Below are positions 1 through 14,300 of a DNA stretch of 64,000 nt, piece by piece. The first letter of the stretch is position 1. The number at the start of each line of letters is the position of its first letter. This DNA comes from Eledone cirrhosa (Eukaryota): the NCBI GenBank assembly GCA_964016885.1, contig OZ024740.1, forward strand, positions 439,146,001 through 439,210,000, in the 5' to 3' direction. Both the position numbers and the translations under genes were made by a program. The notes below the pieces were generated by a model. That model worked only from the letters and a program-made list of their open reading frames with translations. It did no database searches and had not been told where the DNA came from.

Positions 1-2227
1 AGGGTGTTTGGAAGGGAAGTCTATAGTTACAGTTATACTCTGGTGTATGGAATTAGCTATCTGCTGGATGCTTTCCATCGTGCTACGTTCTAAATCAAAC
101 TTGTTAGTGCTGTCTAGTGGGGGTGTTCTTATAACTATATTGATATCGTCTACATAACGAGAGTACATGATGAGGTCTATGGAGCTTTCATTAAGGAGAT
201 CTTTAAGTCTCCTTTCCCACCATACCATGAAAAGGTTGGCAACATCGCCAGCTATGCTGACGCCGATGGCTGCTCCCTCATTTTGGGTGTAGATTTTCTC
301 ATTGAACTTAAATATGTGGCCCTTTAGGGTAGTTTTGATACTAGCCCCTATTGCATGTGCGACCATTTTTCTTACCTGATCAGTGTTTTGGGGGGTCCGT
401 ATAGCTTTGGTCCACCCAATCCACCTTCCTATGGGAGTCTTTTTAGCCATTGAGGTTATGGTGGGGGGTCTACCTCTTATAGGTCTACTAGGGCAGAAAC
501 ATCTAAGGTCATGGCTGTCTAGGTAGTCAGTGTCGTAGGTAAGTCTAAGTAGGAGGCCCAGTTCGTCTGTGTCGACGTCGCAGAACTCCACCTCACTCTC
601 AATGATCATCTCCACACATCTTTTCACAGCAAAATCAATGTTAATGGATGGGTACAGTGACACCACATCCATGCTGCCTATTATGCAGTTGGATAGGCTC
701 CTGTTTTTGTTGCACTCACTGATTCTGCTGAGGAGGTCCTCTGTACTTTCACATACATCTGGGGACATCTTGATTATGGGGCGTATAACCATTGAGAGGA
801 AGTAGGAGATCCTGTAGTTGCTAGCTATATTAGCTCCGCATACAGGTCTTGTTGGTGGTCCTATTGTCGGGTCGTCGACTGTCTTGTGGTCTTTGCGGAG
901 CCCATACAAGGGTGGTATGCCATTGTTAGACGCCTGGAAGTTGTTGGCAGTGCGTCTGCTTGGCTTTAGGATGTCAGTCCACATCATCATGTGAGCGTTG
1001 AGGATTTTTTCTCTCCCATCGTGTGTTAGTTGTGCAACTTCGCTCGTGTTGGTGATGTGGGGTTGCATTGCCTCGATGTAGTTCGGCATGCTATCTATTG
1101 ACATCCTACCAGACTTATCTGTGGGTAGACACACTACCTCACCATCCCTTGTGCGCTGCTTGAGGCTAACCAAGCCTTCTACAGGTTTTATCCCAAGTTG
1201 TTGGGCCTCTGGTCTGCTCTGTCTCATAGTGTACCTGTCTACTACTTGTCTAATCTTATTTCTAGCTATGGTGAACTGTGCCTCCGTCTCGTCATCTATT
1301 TGTTGTGGTATGCAAACTCTTTTATTAAAGGGTAACCTCGTAGGATAGATATTACCCATCTTATATGTTTTGTCAGCTGGGTTGAAAAATAGTTTCTCTA
1401 AGGGGTTGTCGTTATTTCTATCGTCATAGTTGTGTGTGTTGCTATTATTGTTATCATGGTGGTTGTTGTTGTTTCTATCCTTAGCATTAATATTATTATT
1501 GTTATGATTGCTAGATGTATTGTTGTTTACTTCACCGTTATTGTTGTTGTTACTGCTATTTCTACCATTGTGGTTGTTACTATTATTATGTTTCTTGTTT
1601 TTGTTGATGTTGCTACATGTACTATTTCCATTATTACCACTGTGGTTATTGTTGTTGTTGTTGTTCGTATTGTTACCGTTATTACTACTGTGGTCACTGT
1701 TGCTGTGTCTGTGGTTAACGTTTCTATTATTATTATTATTGTGGTTGTTGTTGTTCTGTCTATCGCTAGTATTATTACCATTATCACTATTTCTCACTTT
1801 CCTGCCATTGTTATGGTTATGGCTGTTATTTCTATACCCAGAGTTATTGTTTATATTACTACTACCGTTATTATTGTTGTTGTTGTTTACCTTTGCATTC
1901 CAACGTATTTTTGTGAAACACTTTTCCAGCTCCGTTTTGCATTCCATAGGATTAATTTTTTTGTAGATGGCAAATTTTGGTGGTAACTTTAGGATTTGTT
2001 GTTCTTGTTCACTGATTAAAGTGTTCCCATAGATATTTACTGTGTGGTCATTGGTAAATTCTTCCGGTAGTTTTACATCACTCATACGGATGTTGTCGAT
2101 GTTATCTGGGTATTTTTGAGAATATTCGATTTTCCTTTCTTGTAGTTTTTTCTTATTCATCCATTCTAATTTCTTCTTGAAATGCCTACAGCATTCGTTT
2201 TGAGCATATTTCGTTTCGCGTCGGATG
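1..2227 (-). mobile_element. Penelope-like element, minus-strand copy (5'-truncated; N-terminal region plus RT, running off the window start)
   Basis: By-eye translation of the minus frame from 2227 gives EQQILKLPPKFAIY, an Asn-rich tract and VVCLPTDKSGRMSI (PLE ADKG-type motif), then the same RT as the plus ORF. No stop was seen in the parts translated; it is absent from the ORF track, consistent with no in-window stop. Confidence 0.88.
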
Positions 2228-3274
2228 ACGAGCGAAGTTGCACAACTAACACACGATGGGAGAGAAAAAATCCTCAACGCTCACATGATGATGTGGACTG
2301 ACATCCTAAAGCCAAGCAGACGCACTGCCAACAACTTCCAGGCGTCTAACAATGGCATACCACCCTTGTATGGGCTCCGCAAAGACCACAAGACAGTCGA
2401 CGACCCGACAATAGGACCACCAACAAGACCTGTATGCGGAGCTAATATAGCTAGCAACTACAGGATCTCCTACTTCCTCTCAATGGTTATACGCCCCATA
2501 ATCAAGATGTCCCCAGATGTATGTGAAAGTACAGAGGACCTCCTCAGCAGAATCAGTGAGTGCAACAAAAACAGGAGCCTATCCAACTGCATAATAGGCA
2601 GCATGGATGTGGTGTCACTGTACCCATCCATTAACATTGATTTTGCTGTGAAAAGATGTGTGGAGATGATCATTGAGAGTGAGGTGGAGTTCTGCGACGT
2701 CGACACAGACGAACTGGGCCTCCTACTTAGACTTACCTACGACACTGACTACCTAGACAGCCATGACCTTAGATGTTTCTGCCCTAGTAGACCTATAAGA
2801 GGTAGACCCCCCACCATAACCTCAATGGCTAAAAAGACTCCCATAGGAAGGTGGATTGGGTGGACCAAAGCTATACGGACCCCCCAAAACACTGATCAGG
2901 TAAGAAAAATGGTCGCACATGCAATAGGGGCTAGTATCAAAACTACCCTAAAGGGCCACATATTTAAGTTCAATGAGAAAATCTACACCCAAAATGAGGG
3001 AGCAGCCATCGGCGTCAGCATAGCTGGCGATGTTGCCAACCTTTTCATGGTATGGTGGGAAAGGAGACTTAAAGATCTCCTTAATGAAAGCTCCATAGAC
3101 CTCATCATGTACTCTCGTTATGTAGACGATATCAATATAGTTATAAGAACACCCCCACTAGACAGCACTAACAAGTTTGATTTAGAACGTAGCACGATGG
3201 AAAGCATCCAGCAGATAGCTAATTCCATACACCAGAGTATAACTGTAACTATAGACTTCCCTTCCAAACACCCT
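1..3274. repeat. Long inverted repeat: 1-1047 vs 2228-3274 (1180-bp spacer)
   Basis: Identical 78-aa ORFs at 569-805(+) and 2470-2706(-); position x pairs with 3275-x; pairing ends at 1047/2228. Confidence 0.95.
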
Positions 3275-4276
3275 AACAATAGACTACCTGTATTAGACAC
3301 AGAACTCTGGATTAACACTATAGACGAGAGAGCCCAAATTCTCCACTCACACTATGCTAAACCCATGGCCTCCAAATACCTGATACTCAAAAACTCAGCA
3401 ATGTCCAGTAGTGCTAAGTTTAATATTCTGATCGCAGATTTGGTACGAGTGATGAAGAATGTGTCCAGCATGTGCGACCCAACAGAAATGGAAGGACACA
3501 TCCAACACTTCATCAACCGCATGCAGTTCTCTGGCTACAACCAAAGAGACAGAGTCAGAGTATACGAAGGAGCCATGGAAAAGTATAAGACCCTCATAGA
3601 ACTGGACATGAAAGGAATTTGCCCACTATACAGGAGCAAATCATGGAATAGCTTAGATAGGGCTAGACATAAGATAGGGAAGGCCACATCATGGTACGAC
3701 AACCAGAGATATCAGAGTGTCATGTTTGTGGACGCCACCCCTGGAGGGAAATTAGCTAACCAGTGTAGAAAGGCCCTGAGAAAGACCCACTTAAAAATAA
3801 AGGTGGTAGAAAAGCCAGGAACCACCATAAAATCCCTGATCAGCAAAACCTACCCTTTTAAGAAAACCCACTGTACCAATAGGAAATGTATCATATGTAA
3901 GGTGAACCCCCGGATAAACTGTAAAACTAGAAACGTAGTCTATAGCATAAGATGTACAGAGGGTACTTGCAGAAACACGACGACAACATACATAGGTGAG
4001 ACAGCTCGTAGCATAGGTGAAAGGATAGACCAACACTGGGGGGAACTAAAAGGACGAAAAAACGGGTCAGTACTATACGAACATGCTAGACAACATCATG
4101 ACGGTAACATAGACAACATAGAAATTAGAATAATATCTAAACATAGGAATGACCCAGCAGATAGGCAAATCAGAGAGGCCAGTGAAATAGAAATTAGAAG
4201 ACCAAAGCTAAACAGAAAGAATGAGTGGAACAACAACAACACCCAAACAAACAACACTGACCTAAGAGAAGTATAA
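2225..4276 (+). CDS. Penelope-like reverse transcriptase + C-terminal GIY-YIG endonuclease (N-truncated; ATG created by the junction)
   Basis: 683-aa ORF with RT motifs GSMDVVSLYPSI, QNEGAAIGVSIAGDVANLFM and YSRYVDDI; Cys linker CTNRKCIIC; GIY-YIG NVVYSIRC...YIGETARSIGERIDQH...RQIREA...PKLN. Confidence 0.95.
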   Translation: MTSEVAQLTHDGREKILNAHMMMWTDILKPSRRTANNFQASNNGIPPLYGLRKDHKTVDDPTIGPPTRPVCGANIASNYRISYFLSMVIRPIIKMSPDVCESTEDLLSRISECNKNRSLSNCIIGSMDVVSLYPSINIDFAVKRCVEMIIESEVEFCDVDTDELGLLLRLTYDTDYLDSHDLRCFCPSRPIRGRPPTITSMAKKTPIGRWIGWTKAIRTPQNTDQVRKMVAHAIGASIKTTLKGHIFKFNEKIYTQNEGAAIGVSIAGDVANLFMVWWERRLKDLLNESSIDLIMYSRYVDDINIVIRTPPLDSTNKFDLERSTMESIQQIANSIHQSITVTIDFPSKHPNNRLPVLDTELWINTIDERAQILHSHYAKPMASKYLILKNSAMSSSAKFNILIADLVRVMKNVSSMCDPTEMEGHIQHFINRMQFSGYNQRDRVRVYEGAMEKYKTLIELDMKGICPLYRSKSWNSLDRARHKIGKATSWYDNQRYQSVMFVDATPGGKLANQCRKALRKTHLKIKVVEKPGTTIKSLISKTYPFKKTHCTNRKCIICKVNPRINCKTRNVVYSIRCTEGTCRNTTTTYIGETARSIGERIDQHWGELKGRKNGSVLYEHARQHHDGNIDNIEIRIISKHRNDPADRQIREASEIEIRRPKLNRKNEWNNNNTQTNNTDLREV

Positions 4277-5483
<1,207 letters not shown>

Positions 5484-5540
5484 GTCAGGTTTTTTTTACA
5501 AAATGAAAAATAACCGAGGTGTCCTACACGAGTGGAAGTA

Positions 5541-6020
<480 letters not shown>

Positions 6021-6379
6021 GTGTGTATGTGTGTATCTGCATGCAAACAAATAATATATAATTAAATATTTGATCATTTAAGCTATAAAAACATGTTTTA
6101 TTTAAACTATGGAAAGAAATTGAAACGCTTCTAGGTTTGGAGAGCCGCTGGGAATTGTCCCTGCAGAGACTTCGTGGATAGAAGAGCGCTGAATTGTTAT
6201 TTAATCTTAGTCAAATGCCTTGTACTAAGGTACGTAACTGACACGGTATCTTTATATCTTGGTATGGCTAAACCCTTGCTAAGGTCTTTCACCATATGTT
6301 AAATTATGTGTAAGAGTTCATCTGTGAATGTTTATGTTGACTGTATATGACAAATATATATTTTATGATCTACAGCGAA

Positions 6380-6439
<60 letters not shown>

Positions 6440-6690
6440 TCTTCTTCTTCTTCTTCTTCTTCGCCCACTTATTCCTGAGGAGATTCGTAGGGGCAGAGTC
6501 CTCAAACACTCCTTCCAGTGGGTCCTGTCAGAAGCAACATTCTCCAACATATCTGGCTGGATCCCCAAGCGAGACCATCCAAGCTCATCTTTCTCGGGGT
6601 ATCTCCATGGGTCTCCTGTCAGTTGGTTTTGCTCGTAAAATCTGTTCAACGGTTTTTTCCTGAGACATTCCAACCACAAGCCCATAAAAC
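6380..6690 (-). mobile_element. 3' fragment of an RTE-like LINE with (AAG)n/(TAG)n tail
   Basis: Peptide LGIQPDMLENVASDRTHWKECL resembles the A-x-DR-x-x-W terminus of RTE ORFs, followed by a trinucleotide tail. Confidence 0.6.
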
Positions 6691-7975
6691 TTAGCTATTC
6701 GAAATATAAACTTTGAAGAATGAACCTAGTTAATACCTTTATTGTTGCTCCTCACCATTTCTGTCAGAGAATTTACTGTATTGAACCATTTAATCAACAA
6801 GAGTTAATAGGTTGATGCTAATTAATACATGCCACATAGTTAATTAATTATTTTTGTTTAGTCATCAAATCAATTCTGACAAATTCATAGGCTGACCAAG
6901 ATATTCTCATGGAATGACTAAATGTGGTTTATTTTTCAACTGCATCCTTTAAAACTTCCTGCTTCCTGATATTCCCCCTCCATACACGCACACATGTATT
7001 TCATGACTCGTACACTGTTCATTTTCCTGACATATGTACGTTATTCTATGTACTATACATGCACTTTTGATGAGTAAGTTCATTATTATTATTATTATAT
7101 AAGCCCAGGAAAGAAACAATGCCGTTATTAATAAGAAAAGATGAAATTAATACATGTAAGATTTCACTCCTTCATAGACAGCCTATGAACTTTTAAGCCG
7201 ACGCTCGAAAACCCAAAGACATTTCAGCTGTGACCATTTCCCCCCAGATAACCTAACTAACACTATATTATCAAATGTGTCCATTTTCATCATTAAAAGA
7301 GGTGAAAAAAAAGAAAAACTCCCAGGAGAGCTATACATCAGAAAGTCTTCAGAGAAGAAACCCCTTCAAGTAAGTCTTTTGGCCCTTAACTTATAGTTAG
7401 AGGGGTTTGATGGCAATACGGTTGCTATGTCTAGCAGAAGAAGTGACCAGCTAGAGGTTAGCTCATTGGCTTGTGTAGTTAATTGATTTCTAACAGTTAG
7501 TTAATTAAATTTAAGACAGTCCTTAATTATCAAAGGTATTCCAGGTATCTGTGTCTTGTTATTTGTTTCAGCTCAGATGTAGCTTATCTAAAATAACATT
7601 AAATATATCCTTTATTTTTAAGAAATCTGACTGCTATCCTCATGACTGATTTTCTTGCCCAATGTTTATAGTCGAATGACAGGACGGAACTAAAAGAAAC
7701 TGGCCAGACTGGAGTATAGAGTCTGTCGCAACCCAATCCCACCGTTTCCCCCCTTTCCTTGTTTAATTTCTTCTTTCGTTTTATTTCTATTCTTTTTCTC
7801 CTCTTTTTCATTTCTTTACTGTTTTTTATAAATTTTTCTGTAAATATATTTACAGGGAGAGAGAACAACAATATTTAAAAGCATCCTTAAAGTGTTGATG
7901 GCAGAGTTAATCGCAGCCAATACCAGTAAACTCATAGATTAAACTACCACATATATACTAGACTATTACAGTAAT

Positions 7976-8216
<241 letters not shown>

Positions 8217-8339
8217 TCCATTTTCAGTACCACACATATATATTCCCATTACAGTAACATATATATATATATAATATATATATATATAGTGAAAGAGTGA
8301 AGAATAACATGGTCGGCTGTACAAAAAGGGTTTTATTTA

Positions 8340-8454
8340 CAGTATTAACAATTGTTTCATTGATCAGGTGAGTCTAAAGGCCGCTAATCACTCGAAGTTG
8401 CATCACTCGACCTTAAATGCAATGTGTGTCTCTGATCAAATCATCGGAATACTG
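8340..8454 (-). ncRNA. Hammerhead-like motif with a long insert in stem II
   Basis: Minus strand reads CAGTATT-CCGATGA-tTTGATCAG...CTGATCAAt-GAAA-CAATTG-TT-AATACTG; 7-bp stem I, palindromic stem III, core CCGA variant. Confidence 0.65.
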
Positions 8455-8493
8455 GTATATATATGAGAGAGAGAGAATATATATATACATATG

Positions 8494-8822
8494 ATAGGAA
8501 AATGTTTAACCCCGACGGCAGAGCTCAAACGGTTTCGACGGCTATTTCTGGACTAAATTAAAACTTTTATTAAAATTTCTAATTTAGTCCAGAAATAGCC
8601 GTCGAAACGGTTTGAGCTCTGCCGTCGGGGTTAAACATTTTCCTATTACCCACTCTACTACCCTAAATATTGAGTACTCTGGTGCGTTATGGTCTATCTG
8701 GTTCCTTACAACAACTGCTTCGTTATATATATATATATATACATATAGGAAAATGTTTAACCCCGACGGCAGAGCTCAAGCAGTTATGGTCCATCTGGTT
8801 CCTTACCACACTTCCTTCGTTA
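8494..8822 (+). mobile_element. Palindrome-headed non-coding element (arms 8494-8560/8580-8646 plus tail), followed by an internally deleted copy at 8745-8822
   Basis: Hairpin GACGGCTATTTCTGGACT..AGTCCAGAAATAGCCGTC; tail ends CTTCGT then (TA)n; related copies at 40994 and 53470. Confidence 0.8.
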
Positions 8823-8843
8823 TATATATATATATATATATAT

Positions 8844-8897
<54 letters not shown>

Positions 8898-9051
8898 ATA
8901 TATATATATATATATATATGCAAAAGTTTTATTTAAAATTGTTGGGTTACAACGAGTAAATATTTTATAACTGATATAAAAGCACTCAACAAGTTTTGGA
9001 GTAGGTTTACGATATTAAACAAATGGAAACTATATTTATAAAACCATATTT

Positions 9052-9115
9052 ATTTCATTATATATATTTCAGGGGTATCATATTAAAAATATGGTATGCC
9101 TTCCTCAGACAAAAT
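9052..9115 (-). ncRNA. Type I hammerhead ribozyme motif (inverted copy)
   Basis: Reverse complement of 9201-9264 with one stem II change. Confidence 0.78.
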
Positions 9116-9200
9116 ACAATATATCAAATCAACTTTTTAAATGGAAGTTGCATTATTTTAAGGTATGTCAAATTTATTTATAAAACGGCTTATATATTGT

Positions 9201-9264
9201 ATTTTGTCTGAGGAAGGCATACCATATTTTTAATATGATATCCCTGAAATATATATAATGAAAT
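9201..9264 (+). ncRNA. Type I hammerhead ribozyme motif
   Basis: ATTTTGT-CTGAGGA-AGGCATACCATATT-ttt-AATATGATATCCCT-GAAA-TATATA-TA-ATGAAAT; intact core; stem I pairs with two G-U. Confidence 0.8.
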
Positions 9265-9491
9265 AAATATGGTTTTATAAATATAGTTTCCATTTGTTTA
9301 ATATCGTATATATATATATATATATATATATCTTCCAAACCTTAGTTCAGCTTTAGGCGTAAGTCTCCACTCTTTTCAATCAGCAATAAATGATGTTTCT
9401 TTGGGTCAACTCCAAGACCATTATGGAAATTTCTCAGGCCTACGTTGAGAATCATTGATATAGATGACTTTCAGAAATCCCTGGCTAAGCC

Positions 9492-9746
9492 GTGTTACCG
9501 GCGGCCCACGCCAGTTTGAAGCAGCTCTCCGACAGGCTTTCGGTTGTACCCTTGGCAGTGGAGACGTCTGGTGTCGTCGGCCCTAGGGTTACCTCCCTAC
9601 TCACCACCATAGGCGCTGAGCTTGCCAGCCGCAGGTCTGAGCCTCGCGAGTTGGAATGGCTCTTCCAGCGCGTCTCCCTTGCCGGCCTCCGGGGAAACGC
9701 CTTCTCCATTCTGTTCGCCAGGGCTGTGGGGAGGCCACCAATATGA
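9492..9746 (+). mobile_element. 3' fragment of a CRE-like non-LTR retrotransposon (REL endonuclease C-terminus)
   Basis: VPLAVETSGVVGP...EPRELEWLFQRVSLAGLRGNA matches the typical CRE-clade C-terminal pattern; high GC. Confidence 0.8.
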
Positions 9747-9806
9747 TTGACTGACTTGTCATTTTATCAGTCAGATGTTGCAATGATTCTTTATATATAT
9801 ATGTTC

Positions 9807-9874
<68 letters not shown>

Positions 9875-9880
<6 letters not shown>

Positions 9881-10334
9881 TACATGAATCAAAGTTCTGT
9901 TTAATGTAATACATGCAGTTTAAGCGGGCAATCAACTGCATGTATTACATATAACACCCTGCCGCACTATAATCTTATATAAATAAGACACACGTGCATG
10001 CCCCACGTGTAACTATTGCATACACTAACTACTTCAAACTATCCTCTTGCTTTATCTTCGTAAACTGCCAATGTTGTATTTTAACTTTAATTTTGTCCTT
10101 TAATATGACTTTAATCTTTGTATGTAAATTGCCATGCTATATTATTATAATGGATGTCAACCCACTGTGCATCAATATATACATATGTTTCTATATGTCT
10201 CTTGTGTTGGAAAGGAGGTCAAGTATGTAAAAAATCATTGAAAAATTGCTCCGAAGACTCCAAACCTCGGTTTGGAAGAAAAATTGTAAGCGAGTAAATG
10301 GTTTAAACAGAAATTTGATTCATGTAATTTCTAT
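9875..10334 (+). mobile_element. Non-coding insert with about 30-bp inverted termini, an internal hairpin and a hammerhead motif
   Basis: 9875-9904 is inverted at 10303-10334; hairpin at 9904-9950; left end abuts (TA)n. Confidence 0.65.
10246..10293 (+). ncRNA. Degenerate hammerhead motif
   Basis: TTGCT-CCGAAGA-cTCCAAACC-tc-GGTTTGGAa-GAAA-AATTG-TA-AGCGA. Confidence 0.65.
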
Positions 10335-11314
10335 ATAACTGCTCTGTAGAACAACTGATGTTGTTACATTGAGCTATTTATCTTACTGGTAATAAGGTAG
10401 TAATAAATTACTGTCTTTCACTATTTAGGGTTTAAAATATATATAACTATAAAAGGTTTTAGTGTATACATAACCATAAATAGTATCCTTAATACTATAT
10501 ATATATATATACATTTATGTATATATTAAAATCAATTAGTTTTAACCCAATATACATATACATTAATCCCGTTAGCTTAAATGAACCTTAAAAATCAGGA
10601 GCACGCATTAAGTACAGCGTGGCCTCCTTCAGATGCGTGGAGGTGGATGAAACCAGTTTATACATGTTTAGTGTCCGTCTATTGCTGATAGGGAGTTATG
10701 CCAAACAACGGTTACCACTATTATTGCCTATGTGGCGGGGGCCATCATGTAGACCACCCCACCCCCTACCTTTTATCGAAGAGAACAGGACTTTTCATCT
10801 GTCTCATGGCCATTTCAAAATATTTTCTATTGAGAAAACATTCGAAAAGATTGAAGACAGACACTTTCCTGTCTAACCAAACCTTCATCAACTTTTTCAC
10901 GTTCCGCTTACTGAGACGTCTCATTTGATTCTTTCTGTACATTTTCGATTTCCATGCGTTTTTGTTTTACAATAATCGACTCCGCGACACTCCACCGCTT
11001 CTGTAATGTGTGTTTGTAATGTCACCTTGTTACAAATAACTTATTATGATGAACATTACAGACTGCTGGAATTAGTAGAGTCTCTGGACAACACCTATTT
11101 GTGTCCTTGTATCAGTTTAACATCCATCCAATGTCGTCTTTGTTTTCCATATTATGGGATCAATGAAATAAGTACCAGTTATATAGTGGTGGTCATTTTT
11201 TAAAAAGGTTTCGTACGAGTTTCTTCTGAAACAAGTATACCAGTGAGTTCTTGAGATGTGTGCCTCGTCGTCTTGAGGTTATGGTGTGGTAGTTCTTTAT
11301 CATACGTTTAGCAT

Positions 11315-14300
11315 TGTTGTGAGGTCCCTATCTCTGTTGTGAGGTTTGTTTCTGTTGTGAGGTTTCTTTCTGCTGTGAGGTGTCTCTCTGTACTGAGGGG
11401 TCACTCTGTTGTGAGGTGTCTCTCTGCTGTGAGGTGTCTCTCTGTTGTGAGGTATCTCTCTGTTGTGAGGTGTCTCTCTGTTGTGAGGTATCTCTCTGTT
11501 GTGAGGTGTCTCTATGTGGTGAGGTTTATTTCTGTTGTGAGGTTACTTTCTGCTGTGAGGTGTCTCCTTGTTGTGAGGTTTCTGTCTGCTGTGAGGTGTC
11601 TCTCTGTTGTTAGGTTTCTTTCTGTTGTGTGGGGTTTTTTCTGTTGTGAGGTATCTTTCTGTTGCGAGGATTCTTTCTGTTGTGAGGTGTCTCTCTGTTG
11701 TGACGTATCTCTCTGTTGTGAAGTGTCTCTTTGTTGTGAGGTGTCTCTTTGTTGTGAGGTTTCTTTCTGTTGTGAGGTTTCTTTCTGTTGTGAGGTGTCT
11801 CTCTGTTATGAGGTGTCTATCTGCTGTGCGGTCTTTTCTGTTGTGAAGTTTCTTTCTGTTGTGAGGTGTCTCTATGTTGGCAGGTGTCTCTTTGTTATGA
11901 GGTGTCTCTTTGTTGTGAGGTTTCACTTCTGTTGTGAGGTTTCTATCTGTTGTGAGGTGTCTCTCTGTTGTGAGGTGTCTCTCTGTTGTAAAGTGTCACC
12001 TTCTTGTGAGGTATCTTTCTGTTGTGAGGTGTCTCTCGTTTGTGCGGTTTCTTTCTGTTATGAGTATTCTTTCAATTGTGAGGTTTCTCTCTTTCGTGAG
12101 GTGTCTCTCTGTTGTTAAGTTTCTTTCTGTTGTGTGGTTGCTTTCTGTGGTGAGGTCTCTTTCTGTTGTGAGGTTTCTTTCTGTTGTGAGGTGTCTCTCT
12201 GTTGTGAGGTGTCTCTTTGTTATGAGGTGTCTTTCTATTGTGAGGTTTGTTTCTGTTGTGAGGTTTCTTTCTGTTGTGAGGTGTCCCTATGTTGTGAGCT
12301 GTCTCTCTGTTGTAAGGTGTAACCTTTTTGTGAGGTTTCTTTCTGTTGTGAGGTGTCTATCTGTTGTGCGGTTTCATTCTGTTATGAGGTTTCTATATGG
12401 CATGAGGTCTCTTCTGTTGTGAGGTTTCTTTCTGTTGTGAGGTGTCTCTCTGATATCAGGTATCTCTCTGTTGTGAGGTGTCCCTTTGTTGTGAGTTGTC
12501 TCTTTGTTTTGCGGTTTCTTTCTGTTGTGAGGTTTCTTTCTGTTGTGAGGTGTCTCTCTATTGTGTGGTGTCTCTCTGTTGTGCGGTTTCTTTCTGTCGT
12601 GAGGTTCCTTTCTGTTGTGAGGTCTCTCTATGTTGTGATGTATCTCTCTGTTGTGAGGTGTATCTTTGTTGTGAGGTTTCTTTCTGCTGTAAGGTGTCAA
12701 CTGTTGTGAGGTGTCTCTCTGTTGTGAGGTGTCCCTCTGTTGTGAGACGTCTCTCTGTTGTAAGGTGTCTCTCTGTTGTGAGGTGTCCCTCTGTTGTGAG
12801 GTATCTCTGTATTGTGAGGTGTCTCTTTTTGTGAGGTTTCTCTTTGTTATGAGGATTCTTTCTGTTGTGAGGTGTCTCTCTGTTGTTATGTTTCTTTCTG
12901 TTGTGTGGTATCTTTCTGTTGTGAGGTCTCTTGCTGTTGGGAGGTTTCTTTCTGTTGTGAGATATCTCTCTGTTGTGAGGTGTCTCTTTGTTGTGAGGTG
13001 TCTCGTTATGTGAGGTGTCTCTTTGTTGTTAGGTTTCTTTTTGTTGTGAAGTTTCTTTCTGTTATGAGGTGTCTCTCTGTTGTGAGGTTTGTTTCTGTTA
13101 TGAGGTATCTCTCTGTTGTGAGCTGTATTTCTGTTGTGAGGTGGCCCTCTGTTATGAGGTGTCTCTCTGTTGTGAGGTGTCTCTCTGTTGTGAGGTGTCT
13201 CTCTGTTGTGAGGTTTCTCTCTGCTGTTACGTGTCTCTCTGTTGTGAGGTGTCCCTCTGTTGTGAGGTGTCTCCTTCTTGTGAATTTTCTTTCTGTTCTG
13301 AGGGATCTCTCTGTTGTGAGCTGTCTCTTTGTTGTGAGGTGTACCTTTGTTGTGAGGTGTCTCTTTGTTTTGAGGTTTCCTACTGTTGTGTGGTTTCTTT
13401 CTGTTGTGAGGTGTCTCTCTGTTGTGAGCTCTTCCTATGTTGCGAGGTGTCTCTCTGTTGTAAAGTGTCACCTTCTTCTGAGGTTTCTTTCTGTTGGGAG
13501 GTGACTCTCTGTTGTTGTGCTGTTTCTTTCTGTTATGAGTATTCTTTATGTTGTGAGGTACTCTCTTTCGAGAGGTATCTCTCTGTTGTTAGGTTTCTTT
13601 CTGTTGTGTGGTTTCTTTCTGTTGTGAGGTTTCTTTCTGCTGTAAGCTGTCTCTCTGTTGTGAGGTGTCTCTCCGTTGTGAGGTGTCTCTCTGTTGTGCG
13701 GTTTCTTTCTGTTATGAGTTTTTTCTGTTGTGAGGTGTACCTCTGTTGTGAGGTGTACCTCTGTTGCTAGGTGTCTCTCTGTTGTGAGGTCTCTCTCTGT
13801 TGTGAGGTGTCTCTCTGTTGTGCGGTTTCTTTCTGTTATGAGTTTTTTTCTGTTGTGAGGTGTACCTCTGTTGTGAGCTGTCTCGTCCTTGTGAGGTGTA
13901 CCTCTGTTGCTAGGTGTCTCTCTGTTGTGAGGTCTCTCTCTGTTGTGAGGTGTCTCTCTGTTGTGAGGTGTCTCTCTGTTGTGCAGTTTCTTTCCGTTGT
14001 GTCGTTTCTATCTGCTGTGAGGTTTCTCTATGTTGTGAGGTGTCTCTCTATTGTGATGTGTCCCTCTGTTGTGAGGTGTCTCTCTGTTGTTATGTTTCTT
14101 TCTGTTGTGTGGTATCTTTCTGTTGTGAGGTCTCTTGCTGTTGGGAGTTTTCTTTCTGTTGTGAGGTATCTCTCTGTTGTGAGGTGTCTCTTTGTTGTGA
14201 GGTGTCTCGTTATGTGAGGTGTCTCTTTGTTGTGAGGTGTCTCTTTGTCGTGAGGTTTCTTTTTGTTGTGAGGTTTCTTTCTGTTGTGAGGTGTCTCTCT

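Larger units (their letters stand above)
9008..9308. repeat. Fold-back insert (about 117-bp arms), each arm with a hammerhead motif
   Basis: 9008-9124 is the reverse complement of 9192-9308. Confidence 0.92.

Noticed and set aside
1432-1986. Hydrophobic membrane-protein-like ORFs on the plus strand
   Set aside because: Antisense shadow of the Asn-rich tract in the Penelope ORF.
10770-11005. Possible minus-strand coding exon
   Set aside because: Stops in all frames across the candidate boundaries.
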